In this document: positions 9,216 to 19,137 of the stretch, piece after piece
Position numbering within the stretch: the first letter of the stretch is position 1
How the letters are laid out: every line of letters begins with the position of its first letter
Source: an uncultured virus (IMG/VR IMGVR_UViG_3300034102_001587)
Taxonomy: Duplodnaviria > Heunggongvirae > Uroviricota > Caudoviricetes
IMG/VR virus record: IMGVR_UViG_3300034102_001587
Span: 1 to 64,000 of that record
DNA: 64,000 nucleotides
Direction: 5' to 3' (one strand)
The notes under the pieces: generated by a model
The model's input: the letters and a program-made list of their open reading frames with translations, nothing else
The model's database searches: none
Told to the model about the DNA's origin: nothing
Program-made: the position numbers and the translations under genes

Positions 9216-10445
9216 ATGCCATTAGAAAATTCAAGAGTAACATCAGCAAGGTCATCACAAAACGCCGTAGGTTCTACTCCAAAAGGATTGGGCACTGTTT
9301 ATGCTATTATTTTGGATGAAACAAGTCCTGTTATTAAAAATAAAGATTTAGATGTAAGTTATGTAGGGGCTATTCAATTTAGATTTAGTGGACAGATGTC
9401 TTCTGATGAAGCAAAATTACCTGTTGCACTACCATTTGATAAAAATTTCAAATCATTACCTGTTAAAAATGAAATAGTTGAAATTATAGTAGCTGGAAAT
9501 GGACAACCTTATTATAAAAGAATTGGAAATGAAGCAAGTCCAAATGTTAATACACCAGAAACTACAATTTCAAAATTATTTTCACCTGAAAAGGATAATT
9601 CTCAAAGTGCACAAGATTATAATAAAGTACAATCAACGGGAATTCAAAGAACTAATGCAGATGAATCAACAAAGTATGATGGCTATGGTGATTATTTTAA
9701 ATTAGAAAATGGAATACACAAATTAAAACTTAATGAAGGTGATATGCTTATTGAAAGCCGATTTGGACAATCAATAAGATTTTCCGCTTACAATAACAAC
9801 GATAGAACGTTTTCACCAACAGTAATAATAAGAAATGGAGAGAGTTCAATTACAAGAAATAATGATAATGCAAATACAATAAATGAAGACGTTGCTAGAG
9901 ATGGTAGTATAATTACATTAAGCTCTAATCAGTATCAATTAAACTTTGCACCCGGTACTGTTGATGATAAAGGAACTTCTGATTTTGAAACAAAACCAAA
10001 TAGTTTTAAATCATATCCATCTACATTAAAAGGAGACCAAATTTTAATAAATTCGGGAAGAATTATATTATCTGCAAAAAATGCGGAAATGATTTTTTAT
10101 TCTAAAAAGAATTACGGATTTATTTCTGATGGTGGATTATCAATTGATAACAAATTAGGAATAGATATAAACGTTGGGGATAATACGAATGTAAAAACTA
10201 ACGATAGAGATGTAAACCTCAACACAGGTAATGGTAAAATAAATTTAGGTGATAAAGAGTTAGAACCTTTAGTAAAGGGTGATAAGTGGGTTTCTATTAT
10301 GGAAGAACTTATTGATGCAATAGTAGCCCAAAATTATTTAACACCATCTGGTCCATCAAAGGTAGGACCTGAAAACTTACCAACATTTAATTCAATAAAA
10401 AGTAAATTAAAAACTGCTTTGAGTAACTTAAACAAAACTTCATAA
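9216..10445 (+). CDS. Baseplate hub/spike protein (gp5/GpV-like)
   Basis: OB-fold-like N-terminus (LPVKNEIVEI), EGDMLIESRFGQSIRFS, beta-repeat region and EPLVKGD..TPSGP C-terminus; located upstream of gp25/gp6. Confidence 0.6.
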   Translation: MPLENSRVTSARSSQNAVGSTPKGLGTVYAIILDETSPVIKNKDLDVSYVGAIQFRFSGQMSSDEAKLPVALPFDKNFKSLPVKNEIVEIIVAGNGQPYYKRIGNEASPNVNTPETTISKLFSPEKDNSQSAQDYNKVQSTGIQRTNADESTKYDGYGDYFKLENGIHKLKLNEGDMLIESRFGQSIRFSAYNNNDRTFSPTVIIRNGESSITRNNDNANTINEDVARDGSIITLSSNQYQLNFAPGTVDDKGTSDFETKPNSFKSYPSTLKGDQILINSGRIILSAKNAEMIFYSKKNYGFISDGGLSIDNKLGIDINVGDNTNVKTNDRDVNLNTGNGKINLGDKELEPLVKGDKWVSIMEELIDAIVAQNYLTPSGPSKVGPENLPTFNSIKSKLKTALSNLNKTS

Positions 10446-11632
10446 TGTCTTGGGAGATATTCAAAAATAATATATTAAATGTTGCTAACAATCCAGACCA
10501 AATAAGAAGTATAGAACAGGTAGCTGAATTGTATGCTAGAGAATATGATGCTGCGATAAAAAGAGGTAAAGATACTGTACATGGTGTACCTTTACAAAAA
10601 GGTAATGTTGAAGCAATGAAACAACTTTTTGTAGTTGCTTTACAAAAAGGTTTAACATCAAAACAACCTTATGATTTGGTTGGTGAAATGGGAAAGGGTG
10701 TTTTAGCATATTGGACAAGTGGTACAATGTATAATACGCCAATTCCCATCATACCAGCTGTTGGTGCTGTTGTAAATGTTGCTGTAATTTCTAATTCAAT
10801 TAGTAATCCAGGCCAATGGCAACCACCACAAAGTTTAGGCGGACAACCAAACTTTGAAATGAGTGAAGAACAAAAACAAGGAGCAAAAGAAGATTTAGAA
10901 AGTGCCAAACAAGAACTTGCAGCAATAGAAAATGACCCAGAAGTTTCTGAAGATATAAAAGAAGCAGCAAAAGAACAAATATCTTATCAAGAAACTAGAT
11001 TAGCCACAAATGAAAACTATTCAGTAGATGATGAAGATGTTAGAACACCACCAATAAGAACTGAAATACCTTTAGATGGTGGTGTTACAAATCCAATTCA
11101 GGTCACAACTAATACACCATCAAGACCAGCAGATGAACCACAAGGACCACCACCAAATGTGGCTGAATCCGATATTGGAAAAAGAATTGTTGCTTATGCA
11201 AATATGGATGTTGGTAAATTAGAAAACCCACTCCCACCGGGCAAACCTGAAAATTGGGGACCTTATGTTTCTTCTGTTCTTGCTGGAGTTGGTCATAAAG
11301 CACCAGCCTTTTGGTGTGCAGCTGCTGTTTCAAGTTGGTTCAAATCAGCGGGAGCAAAATCACCAAATAGTGCAGGATGTGACCAATGGGTTAGTTGGGC
11401 AAAGAAAAATGGATTGTGGAGTACAACACCAGCAATAGGAGCAGCCATATTATATGGTACACCTGCTGATGCACATCATATAGGTATTGTAGAATCGGTT
11501 GATGGAAATATAGTTAAAACGATAGAAGGTAATACTTCTGGTGGTGGGTTTAGTAGAAATGGGGTTGGTGTATTTAAAAAGAAAACTACTACTGCAAAAG
11601 CATTAGGTTATGTACTACCTGTAAAAAAATAA
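10445..11632 (+). CDS. Virion-associated CHAP/NlpC-type peptidoglycan hydrolase
   Basis: C-terminal AFWCAAAVSSWF, HIGIVE and TIEGNTS motifs. Confidence 0.8.
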   Translation: MSWEIFKNNILNVANNPDQIRSIEQVAELYAREYDAAIKRGKDTVHGVPLQKGNVEAMKQLFVVALQKGLTSKQPYDLVGEMGKGVLAYWTSGTMYNTPIPIIPAVGAVVNVAVISNSISNPGQWQPPQSLGGQPNFEMSEEQKQGAKEDLESAKQELAAIENDPEVSEDIKEAAKEQISYQETRLATNENYSVDDEDVRTPPIRTEIPLDGGVTNPIQVTTNTPSRPADEPQGPPPNVAESDIGKRIVAYANMDVGKLENPLPPGKPENWGPYVSSVLAGVGHKAPAFWCAAAVSSWFKSAGAKSPNSAGCDQWVSWAKKNGLWSTTPAIGAAILYGTPADAHHIGIVESVDGNIVKTIEGNTSGGGFSRNGVGVFKKKTTTAKALGYVLPVKK

Positions 11633-11635
11633 TAT

Positions 11636-12778
11636 ATGTCAGCAATTTCACCAACTAAAAATACAGGCTTAATAGTAGATGATTTTATAGCTTATGCTAC
11701 ACAACATCTTACAACAGTTGGTGGTACTATAAGTACAACTTCATTATATCCACCGACAGGAACTCCAGCACCAGGTATATTAACTTGGACAGGATACTTT
11801 GTTGACCCAGCAACTCCAAGTCAACCAACAGCTTCAGATATAAATGAAGTTCCAACTGAAGAAGAAGCAGAAGCTTTAGCAACTCAAAGAGAATTAGCAG
11901 AGGAAGATATAAAAGCGGTTCAAAGTGTAATTGAAGAAACCGATGATGAAGAAGTAAGACAAGTTGGTAAAAGATTTATAGACGAAACTGTAAATGAAAG
12001 GATACCTATTGGAGAAGCTGTGAAAACAAATAATGAAGTAAACGAAGAAGAAAAAAATAAAAGAAATAAAGAAACTGAAGAAGATGAAAGAAAAAATCCA
12101 CAAAAAAAAGATGCTGGCTCTGGTGGTAAAAAGTATAACAAAAATAAAAATTTAGATTTAATAGAAAGGGCATTAGCTAAAGTTGGTATTACTGATGAAG
12201 CAATAGTAAAAGCGGTAAAAGCAAATGCTTTAAAAGAATCTGGTGGACAACCTATTGTTGAATTTATGAATTATGGTGGTACATCAAATGAAAGAATTAG
12301 GTCTATATTTGGTAAACGAGCTTCAAAATATTCCGATGTAGAACTAAATGGAATTAAATCTAATCCACAAAGTATGGGAGATTTAATGTATGGTCCTGAT
12401 TCGGGTAATGTTGGTAAGTGGCTAGGAAATACATCATCTGGTGATGGCTTCCGATATAGAGGTAGAGGGTTTATCCAAATTACAGGAAAAGCTAATTATA
12501 CGGCAAATTCATTGGCAGTTTACAAAAATACTTCTTTAGTCACAAACCCAGAATTATTACAACAACCAGAACCAGCTGCAGATAGCTGTGCATGGTTTAT
12601 TAATAGAAGTCTTAAAACTTTTTCTAAAAAAATGGGTATTCCAACTCAAGGGGCTTCCCAATCGGATGCTAATTTATTAATTACAAGTATAATTGCTGGT
12701 AGTCCAATAAAGAGGGGTAGTGGTAGTTATTTAGCATCTTTAGTTACAAAAGTTGATGTATATTCTACACAAGTATAA
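11636..12778 (+). CDS. Virion-associated glycoside hydrolase family 19 (lysozyme-like) protein
   Basis: LKESGG (catalytic Glu), LGN..GDGFRYRGRGFIQITGKANY, NPELL, SCAWF. Confidence 0.85.
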   Translation: MSAISPTKNTGLIVDDFIAYATQHLTTVGGTISTTSLYPPTGTPAPGILTWTGYFVDPATPSQPTASDINEVPTEEEAEALATQRELAEEDIKAVQSVIEETDDEEVRQVGKRFIDETVNERIPIGEAVKTNNEVNEEEKNKRNKETEEDERKNPQKKDAGSGGKKYNKNKNLDLIERALAKVGITDEAIVKAVKANALKESGGQPIVEFMNYGGTSNERIRSIFGKRASKYSDVELNGIKSNPQSMGDLMYGPDSGNVGKWLGNTSSGDGFRYRGRGFIQITGKANYTANSLAVYKNTSLVTNPELLQQPEPAADSCAWFINRSLKTFSKKMGIPTQGASQSDANLLITSIIAGSPIKRGSGSYLASLVTKVDVYSTQV

Positions 12779-12804
12779 TAAAATCCCAAAAATATACCAT
12801 TCAA

Positions 12805-12813
12805 ATATTTATA
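12805..12813 (+). promoter_or_regulatory. Putative late promoter motif ATATTTATA
   Basis: 20 nt before the ATG at 12834. Confidence 0.65.
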
Positions 12814-12833
12814 AACATAACAAATAAAGACAT

Positions 12834-13310
12834 ATGAATACTGAGAAATTAGTACAAGCCATTCAAATCTTAGTTAAAGAGGAAATTAAACAACAACTTC
12901 CTACTCTTATTAAGGAAGCTGTAAGGTCTGAAATGAAGAAATTGTTGGCTGAACAAAAACAACCAAAAAATACTGGATTAAGTATGACTAAAGCTATTTT
13001 AGGTGAGGAAGTAATTAAAGTAGCAGATACAAAATCAAAAGAATTTAGTAAGAATCCAATGATTAATCAAATACTAAACGAAACAAAAGCAGCTGTTTCA
13101 AATGATGCTGGTGGTTTTAGAACTATGGCGTTTGGACAGGCTGATATGGGTTCAATAGTTGGTAGAACAGCAATGGCTGAAAAAATGGGTTATGGTGAAT
13201 TCGCTAATGGAACTCAAAAAACCGGATTGGGAGTTCAAACGGGCGTAGCTGAATTAGATAAAGCTTTTAATAGAGATTATTCTGAGCTTGTTAAAAGATT
13301 TAAGAAATAA
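12834..13310 (+). CDS. Hypothetical phage protein
   Basis: 158-aa ORF; ILVKEE...LIKE...LLAE; ends RDYSELVKRF. Confidence 0.6.
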   Translation: MNTEKLVQAIQILVKEEIKQQLPTLIKEAVRSEMKKLLAEQKQPKNTGLSMTKAILGEEVIKVADTKSKEFSKNPMINQILNETKAAVSNDAGGFRTMAFGQADMGSIVGRTAMAEKMGYGEFANGTQKTGLGVQTGVAELDKAFNRDYSELVKRFKK

Positions 13311-13738
13311 TGGCAATTGTATTAGGTAGTAAACTTGTTCAAGACGTAAAAAAATACGAAGATTATGCTATTGGTATAACACTACCTTTGCAGATGACAG
13401 GAAATTCATTTGCTCAGGCATATAAAACAGCAGAACAAGCAAAATCTAATATTAAAAATTTACTTCTCACAAAAAAAGGTGAGAGGCCAATGCAACCGGA
13501 ATTTGGAAGTAATTTGCAAAATCTAATTTTTGATTTTAATGATGACCAACTTCCGGGTAAAATAGAAGAAGCTATTGGAAGTGCCATACAAATTTGGTTA
13601 CCATATGTAAATGTAGAAGATATTTTAGTTGAAAACGGAAATTATGAAAGAGATAATAATTTAGTTAATATTACAATATCGTTTTCAGTTTTAAATAACC
13701 CAGAATTAAACAGTGTTACTTTTAATGTAGCAGCATAA
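13310..13738 (+). CDS. Baseplate wedge subunit, gp25-like
   Basis: KSNIKNLLLTKKGERPMQPEFGSNL...WLPYV. Confidence 0.9.
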   Translation: MAIVLGSKLVQDVKKYEDYAIGITLPLQMTGNSFAQAYKTAEQAKSNIKNLLLTKKGERPMQPEFGSNLQNLIFDFNDDQLPGKIEEAIGSAIQIWLPYVNVEDILVENGNYERDNNLVNITISFSVLNNPELNSVTFNVAA

Positions 13739-13747
13739 TAAAAAAGT

Positions 13748-15787
13748 ATGGCATTAACTATTACAAATAAGAATTTTAAAAATAAAGGTAGAGATATAAA
13801 ATATCTTAATAAGGATTTTGTAAGTTTTAGAGAAAATCTTATTGAGTATGCTAAGACTTATTTTCCAAAAACGTATTCAGATTTTAATGAGGCTTCTCCT
13901 GGTATGATGTTTATAGAGATGGCATCTTATATTGGCGATTCTTTATCTTATTATGTTGATGATACATTAAAAGAATCTCTAATGGTGTATGCTGAAGATA
14001 TTCAAAATATTTTAGCATTATCTCAATATTTGGGATATAAACCAAAAGTAACTGCGCCAGCAATAACTACATTATCAATTTATCAATTAGTCCCATCAAT
14101 AGGAACTGGCGCTAATAACAAACCAGACCCAAAATATTATTTAAGAATAAGGGAAGGATTACGCACTACATCTAATACAAATGGAGTGGTTTTTAGAACT
14201 ACAAATGTTGTGGACTTTAATGATGAAACAGATAGAGAAATCACAGTATATCAAAGAGATGCAATAACAGGAGAACCAACATTCTATCTTATAAAAAAAT
14301 ATGTACAAGCTATATCAGCTGATGAAAAAACAATAACATTTGATTTTGGAACATACGAACCATTTCAGAGAATTAATTTAGATGATACAAATATAATAGA
14401 AATTTATGATGTAAGAGATTCTAATAATAACAAATATTATGAAGTACCTTATTTAGCACAAGAAATGGTTTTTGCTGATATGCCAAATACTGAAGCAAAC
14501 GATCCTGATTTATATCAATTCAAAACTACAGTACCATATGTTCTTAAAACCATTAGAACTCCAAAACGATTTGTTACTAAAGTAAATGCAGATAGTACAA
14601 TGACTATACAATTTGGAGCTGGTGACCCATCTGCGGCAGATGAACAATTGATTCCAAATCTTAAGAATGTAGGATTGGGATTACCAAATTCAATTAGTAG
14701 ATTGGAAGAATCATTCGACCCAACTAATTTTTTAAAAACAAAAACATATGGAACATCACCAGCCAACACAACAATAACAGTTAAGTATTTAATTGGTGGT
14801 GGTGTAAATTCAAATATTGGTGTAGGTGAATTGACAAGAATAAGTGCAGTTCAATATGAAGAAGATTTGAGTTTATTTTCAACACCAGAATTAGCAACGT
14901 ACAACACAGTTAAAAATTCCATAGCAATAGATAATGAAGTACCTGCAACTGGTGGTAGAAGTGGTGAGACTGTAGAAGAAATTAGACAGAATGCATTAGC
15001 AAATTTTGGTTCTCAAAATAGAGCAGTTACTGCAAAAGATTATCAAGTAAGAGCATTATCTATGCCTGCAAAATATGGTGGTATAGCAAAGGCATTTGCA
15101 ACAGCAGATGGTACGTTAGATAATAATTCACCATCATCAATATTAGCATCTCCAAATAATTTGCAAGAATTTACTGATTTGGTAATGAGCTTTGTAAATA
15201 AACCTGATAGTGAAGAACCTAATGTAGCAAGTGTTAAGCAAGATATACAAAAATTTTTAATTGGAAAAACTTCAAATACAAACGAAAAAAATAATCCATT
15301 TGCAATTAATCTTTATTTATTAGGATATAATTCTGATGGTAGGTTAAGTCAATTAAATAGAGGCGTAAAAGAAAACTTAAAAACTTATTTAAATGAATAC
15401 CGTATCTTAACTGATGGTGTAAATATATTAGATGGTTTTATTATAAATATTGGTATAAACTTTGAAATTATTGTTTACCAAAATTACAATAAATCTGAAG
15501 TATTGACTAAGTGTATAACTGAGTTAAAAGATTACTTCAATACTGAAAATTGGCAATTTAATCAAACTATAAATTTGAGTGAAGTTGAATTGTTAATAGC
15601 AAATGTTGAAGGAGTATCATCAGTACCTATGGTTGAAATTGTAAATAAATGTGGGGGTGGTAGATATACAAATAATTCTTATAACATTACTGCGGCAACA
15701 AAAGATAAGATTGTATATCCATCATTAGACCCATCAGTTTTTGAGGTGAAATATCCTGATTCAGACATAAAAGGTAGAGTAAGATAA
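13748..15787 (+). CDS. Baseplate wedge subunit, gp6-like
   Basis: DFNEASPGMMFIEMASYIGD, LGYKPK, IQFGAG, ATGG..ETVEEIR..A..SQNRAVTAKDY. Confidence 0.9.
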   Translation: MALTITNKNFKNKGRDIKYLNKDFVSFRENLIEYAKTYFPKTYSDFNEASPGMMFIEMASYIGDSLSYYVDDTLKESLMVYAEDIQNILALSQYLGYKPKVTAPAITTLSIYQLVPSIGTGANNKPDPKYYLRIREGLRTTSNTNGVVFRTTNVVDFNDETDREITVYQRDAITGEPTFYLIKKYVQAISADEKTITFDFGTYEPFQRINLDDTNIIEIYDVRDSNNNKYYEVPYLAQEMVFADMPNTEANDPDLYQFKTTVPYVLKTIRTPKRFVTKVNADSTMTIQFGAGDPSAADEQLIPNLKNVGLGLPNSISRLEESFDPTNFLKTKTYGTSPANTTITVKYLIGGGVNSNIGVGELTRISAVQYEEDLSLFSTPELATYNTVKNSIAIDNEVPATGGRSGETVEEIRQNALANFGSQNRAVTAKDYQVRALSMPAKYGGIAKAFATADGTLDNNSPSSILASPNNLQEFTDLVMSFVNKPDSEEPNVASVKQDIQKFLIGKTSNTNEKNNPFAINLYLLGYNSDGRLSQLNRGVKENLKTYLNEYRILTDGVNILDGFIINIGINFEIIVYQNYNKSEVLTKCITELKDYFNTENWQFNQTINLSEVELLIANVEGVSSVPMVEIVNKCGGGRYTNNSYNITAATKDKIVYPSLDPSVFEVKYPDSDIKGRVR

Positions 15788-16857
15788 TGGCATACTATTT
15801 TATAACAGCATCAAAAGATGCAACGGTTTATCTACAACAACCAAACCAAAATACTGGATTGGATGAAGTATTAGAAGTGACTAAAGTTTATTATGGAACA
15901 ATAAAAGATGTTTCAAGAGCTTTATTAAAATTTGATATAAGTCACTTATCATCATCCATTTCAAATGGTAGTATGAATTTAGGAGAAGCAACTTTAGTTT
16001 TGAGAGAAACTGAAAGTGAAGAAATTCCTTTAGAATATACAATATACGCACATCCAATTTCTGGAAGTTGGCAAATGGGTAAAGGAACTAGATTCGATGA
16101 TATTACAACAGAAGGTGTGACTTGGAATTATAGAGAAGGTGATTCAAAAGATAGATGGTTACCTAATAATGTATATGCTTTGGGTTCTACTGGAAGTTAT
16201 AATGGATTGGGTGGTGTGTATTACACCACTTCAGAATCATCTCAGTATTTTAATTACCAAACAGCAGATATTCAAATGGATGTTAAATCTATGATTAGAG
16301 CATGGATAAGTGGTTCTATTCCAAATGATGGTATTATATTAAAACACTCAAACTCTGTAGAAACTGATACGGAAGATTATGGTATTGTAAAATTATTTAG
16401 TAAAGAAACGCATACTATATATCAACCAAAATTAAGAATTGGTTGGAACGACCAAGCTTTTTCAACTGGCTCATTATCGGCAATTACTTCAACAAATTTA
16501 AAAGTTGTAGCAAGAAATTTCAAAAAAGAATATAAAGTAAATACAACACCTAAAATAGAAGTTTTAGGTAGAGAACTTTATCCTGTAAAAACTTTTAGTA
16601 ATACATTCACATACAACGATATTAAATATCTACCAACATCGTCATATTATCAAATTAAAGACTTCGCATCAGATGATGTAATTGTACCATTTGGTGACTA
16701 TTCAAAAATAAGTTGTAATAGTAGTGGAAATTATTTTAAATTAAATCTTTCCAATTGGGAAATAGGAAGAGTCTATAAGATGGAATTTAAAGTTGATTTT
16801 GGAGAAGGAGATATTCAGTATTTTGATGATGATTTAACTTTTGAAGTAATTAATTAA
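15787..16857 (+). CDS. Structural protein with DNRLRE/CBM96-like domain
   Basis: ASKDATVY..PNQNTG, RALLKFD, VTWNYR, W.SGSIPNDGIILK, FSKE..PKL. Confidence 0.6.
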   Translation: MAYYFITASKDATVYLQQPNQNTGLDEVLEVTKVYYGTIKDVSRALLKFDISHLSSSISNGSMNLGEATLVLRETESEEIPLEYTIYAHPISGSWQMGKGTRFDDITTEGVTWNYREGDSKDRWLPNNVYALGSTGSYNGLGGVYYTTSESSQYFNYQTADIQMDVKSMIRAWISGSIPNDGIILKHSNSVETDTEDYGIVKLFSKETHTIYQPKLRIGWNDQAFSTGSLSAITSTNLKVVARNFKKEYKVNTTPKIEVLGRELYPVKTFSNTFTYNDIKYLPTSSYYQIKDFASDDVIVPFGDYSKISCNSSGNYFKLNLSNWEIGRVYKMEFKVDFGEGDIQYFDDDLTFEVIN

Positions 16858-16859
16858 AA

Positions 16860-17873
16860 ATGGTAAAAGCAGGACTTAAAAACGAAGTTAAAGTTCAAGA
16901 CATAATTGTATCCGGTTCGTTGAGTATTAAATCTAAAAACGAATACGGCGTACATATTTTTAGTGCTTCAAATGATGATGATGGTATTATATTTGGTAAA
17001 CTAACTAAACCAAAATATAATAAAGTAGAATTAATTAAATCAATAGATACAAATATTGTAGAATTAATTCCAATAGAAGCACCACCACTACCTGATACAG
17101 TATTAAGAAGTATATATAATCCAGTAACACAATCTGTAATTGATTTAACAGCAGAAGTTGAACGATTAAATGGAAATATTTTAGATTTAACTGGTAAAGT
17201 AAAAGAATTAGAAATAATTTCTCAGAGTTTACGAGTAGATTTGGATGCAAAAGATTTAGTAGTTGCATCTTCTCAAAATCAATCGTTTCAATCTACAAAT
17301 AAAGTTCAATCTTCTGTAGTTGATTTACAAAATGCAATACAAAAAGCAACAGCTGAAGCAATACAAAGAGTTTCACTTACTGCTTTAACTAGAGCATTAG
17401 AATCTGAAAACGCAACATTAAGAGAACAATTATTTGGTAAGCAAGCATCAAAAGACGAAGGGGCAAAAGTAACAGATGATTTTGCAGTTAAAGTTGTAAA
17501 TAAAGCAGAAGCACAATATGCGGATTTAACATTTAGAGCTAGAGCAAAGGATAATGGCAGAGGAACTTGGATTAATGGTCCTGAAATTAATATTAAAAAT
17601 TTCACAAAAGATAGCGTTACTATTACGTTTGCACAAGATGGTGAAATATCTGGTATATTTAATTCTATACCATCCTTAACATTAGCATCAAATGAAGAAA
17701 AAAATATAACTCTTAAAACTATTGATGGTAAAATTAAAGATTATGCTCCTAAAAATGGATTTGGATTTATTGGAGATAAAGAATATAAGGGTAATATAAT
17801 TGTTAAATCATCAAAGGGAACAGTTAACATTCCAGTTGCATTACAAAAAATGCGTGGAGATAAATGGGGATAA
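16860..17873 (+). CDS. Hypothetical baseplate-region protein with central coiled coil
   Basis: Long ORF in the baseplate operon; heptad region then a beta-rich C-terminus. Confidence 0.55.
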   Translation: MVKAGLKNEVKVQDIIVSGSLSIKSKNEYGVHIFSASNDDDGIIFGKLTKPKYNKVELIKSIDTNIVELIPIEAPPLPDTVLRSIYNPVTQSVIDLTAEVERLNGNILDLTGKVKELEIISQSLRVDLDAKDLVVASSQNQSFQSTNKVQSSVVDLQNAIQKATAEAIQRVSLTALTRALESENATLREQLFGKQASKDEGAKVTDDFAVKVVNKAEAQYADLTFRARAKDNGRGTWINGPEINIKNFTKDSVTITFAQDGEISGIFNSIPSLTLASNEEKNITLKTIDGKIKDYAPKNGFGFIGDKEYKGNIIVKSSKGTVNIPVALQKMRGDKWG

Positions 17874-17879
17874 TAAAAT

Positions 17880-19121
17880 ATGGCATTGAGAAACTTTAAA
17901 GATATTATTGATAATAAAGCTTACTTTATAAATTCAAAAGATAGAAAAATTTTTGAAGAAGGTGATTATGCTTCATTCTTTGGATTTGGTGAAGGTGATA
18001 TGATTGAATTTATTGTTTATGATGCTAATGATAATCAATTAGAACAAGCTAATATTGGATTAGTTAGATATATTCAACTAAACAATCAAAATATAAGAGA
18101 TTATATTTTATTACCAGATGGTACACAATTTCAAGCTCTTAATTTTCCAAAAGAATATTTTGTAGATATAGAAAGATTACTTAATGAAGGCGGGTTTGAT
18201 AATGGTATTTTTAAAACTCAAATTAATCTAATAAACAGAAGGGTTGGTGGATTTGAAAGAGATAATAAAATGTGGATTTCAGAAATATCGCCATCAAGAA
18301 CTGAATTAAGATTATTTCCTTTAAAAAAACCAACAAATCAAAGTTATCAATTGGATGAAAGATTTAAACTATTTGTTTCAGATGAGGAATTTAGAGATGA
18401 TACAATACAATCAGCTTTATCATTTTTGGAAAAAATTAATCCATCTGTAATTGATACATTTTTAACAAACAAATATTCAGATGCATGGACTCAAAAAATG
18501 CAAAGTGATTATAGAATTACAAATATAGATGAATTTTGTAATAGAGTTTATAGTAAATTTTTAGAATCAGCAATTTTTGAATTTACAAATAGATATTCCG
18601 ATATTAATTCATTATTGTATGGAAAATTAAAACCAAACCCATCACCTTTAAAATTATCAAAATCCGAAATAAATAATAAATGTACTCAATTATTAATAAC
18701 TTCTATAAACTTTTATTTAATAATTCCTGATATTAACAATAAGTCTGATTTCGAAATAGCAACTGAAGAAAGTATGGATTTGGTATCTGATGTTTTACAA
18801 ACAAAAACAGCTGATACGATGTTTGAAACAAAAGAACCATTGGTAGTTAAAGCAGAATTGCAAAAACCAATTGAAAAGCAAGAAACATTAGAATTAAAAA
18901 AACAAATAAAAAAGGAAATTCCAATTATAATAGATAATCCCCCACCAATTAAAGAACCGGTTATAGAAACACCAATTGAAACACCAATTGAAACACCACG
19001 TGGAGGCGGCGGTGGCGGATTCGGCGGCGGTGGTGGATTTATTGAAAGAGATTTTGGAACAGGTTATGGTAGAGAACAGGTTTTTGTAAGAGAAAGTAGT
19101 CAAAGAGAAAATATACAATAA
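17880..19121 (+). CDS. Hypothetical baseplate-region protein
   Basis: ISEISPSRTELRL motif; ETPI repeats and a Gly-rich tail. Confidence 0.55.
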   Translation: MALRNFKDIIDNKAYFINSKDRKIFEEGDYASFFGFGEGDMIEFIVYDANDNQLEQANIGLVRYIQLNNQNIRDYILLPDGTQFQALNFPKEYFVDIERLLNEGGFDNGIFKTQINLINRRVGGFERDNKMWISEISPSRTELRLFPLKKPTNQSYQLDERFKLFVSDEEFRDDTIQSALSFLEKINPSVIDTFLTNKYSDAWTQKMQSDYRITNIDEFCNRVYSKFLESAIFEFTNRYSDINSLLYGKLKPNPSPLKLSKSEINNKCTQLLITSINFYLIIPDINNKSDFEIATEESMDLVSDVLQTKTADTMFETKEPLVVKAELQKPIEKQETLELKKQIKKEIPIIIDNPPPIKEPVIETPIETPIETPRGGGGGGFGGGGGFIERDFGTGYGREQVFVRESSQRENIQ

Positions 19122-19137
19122 AAGTATTTATTAAAAG

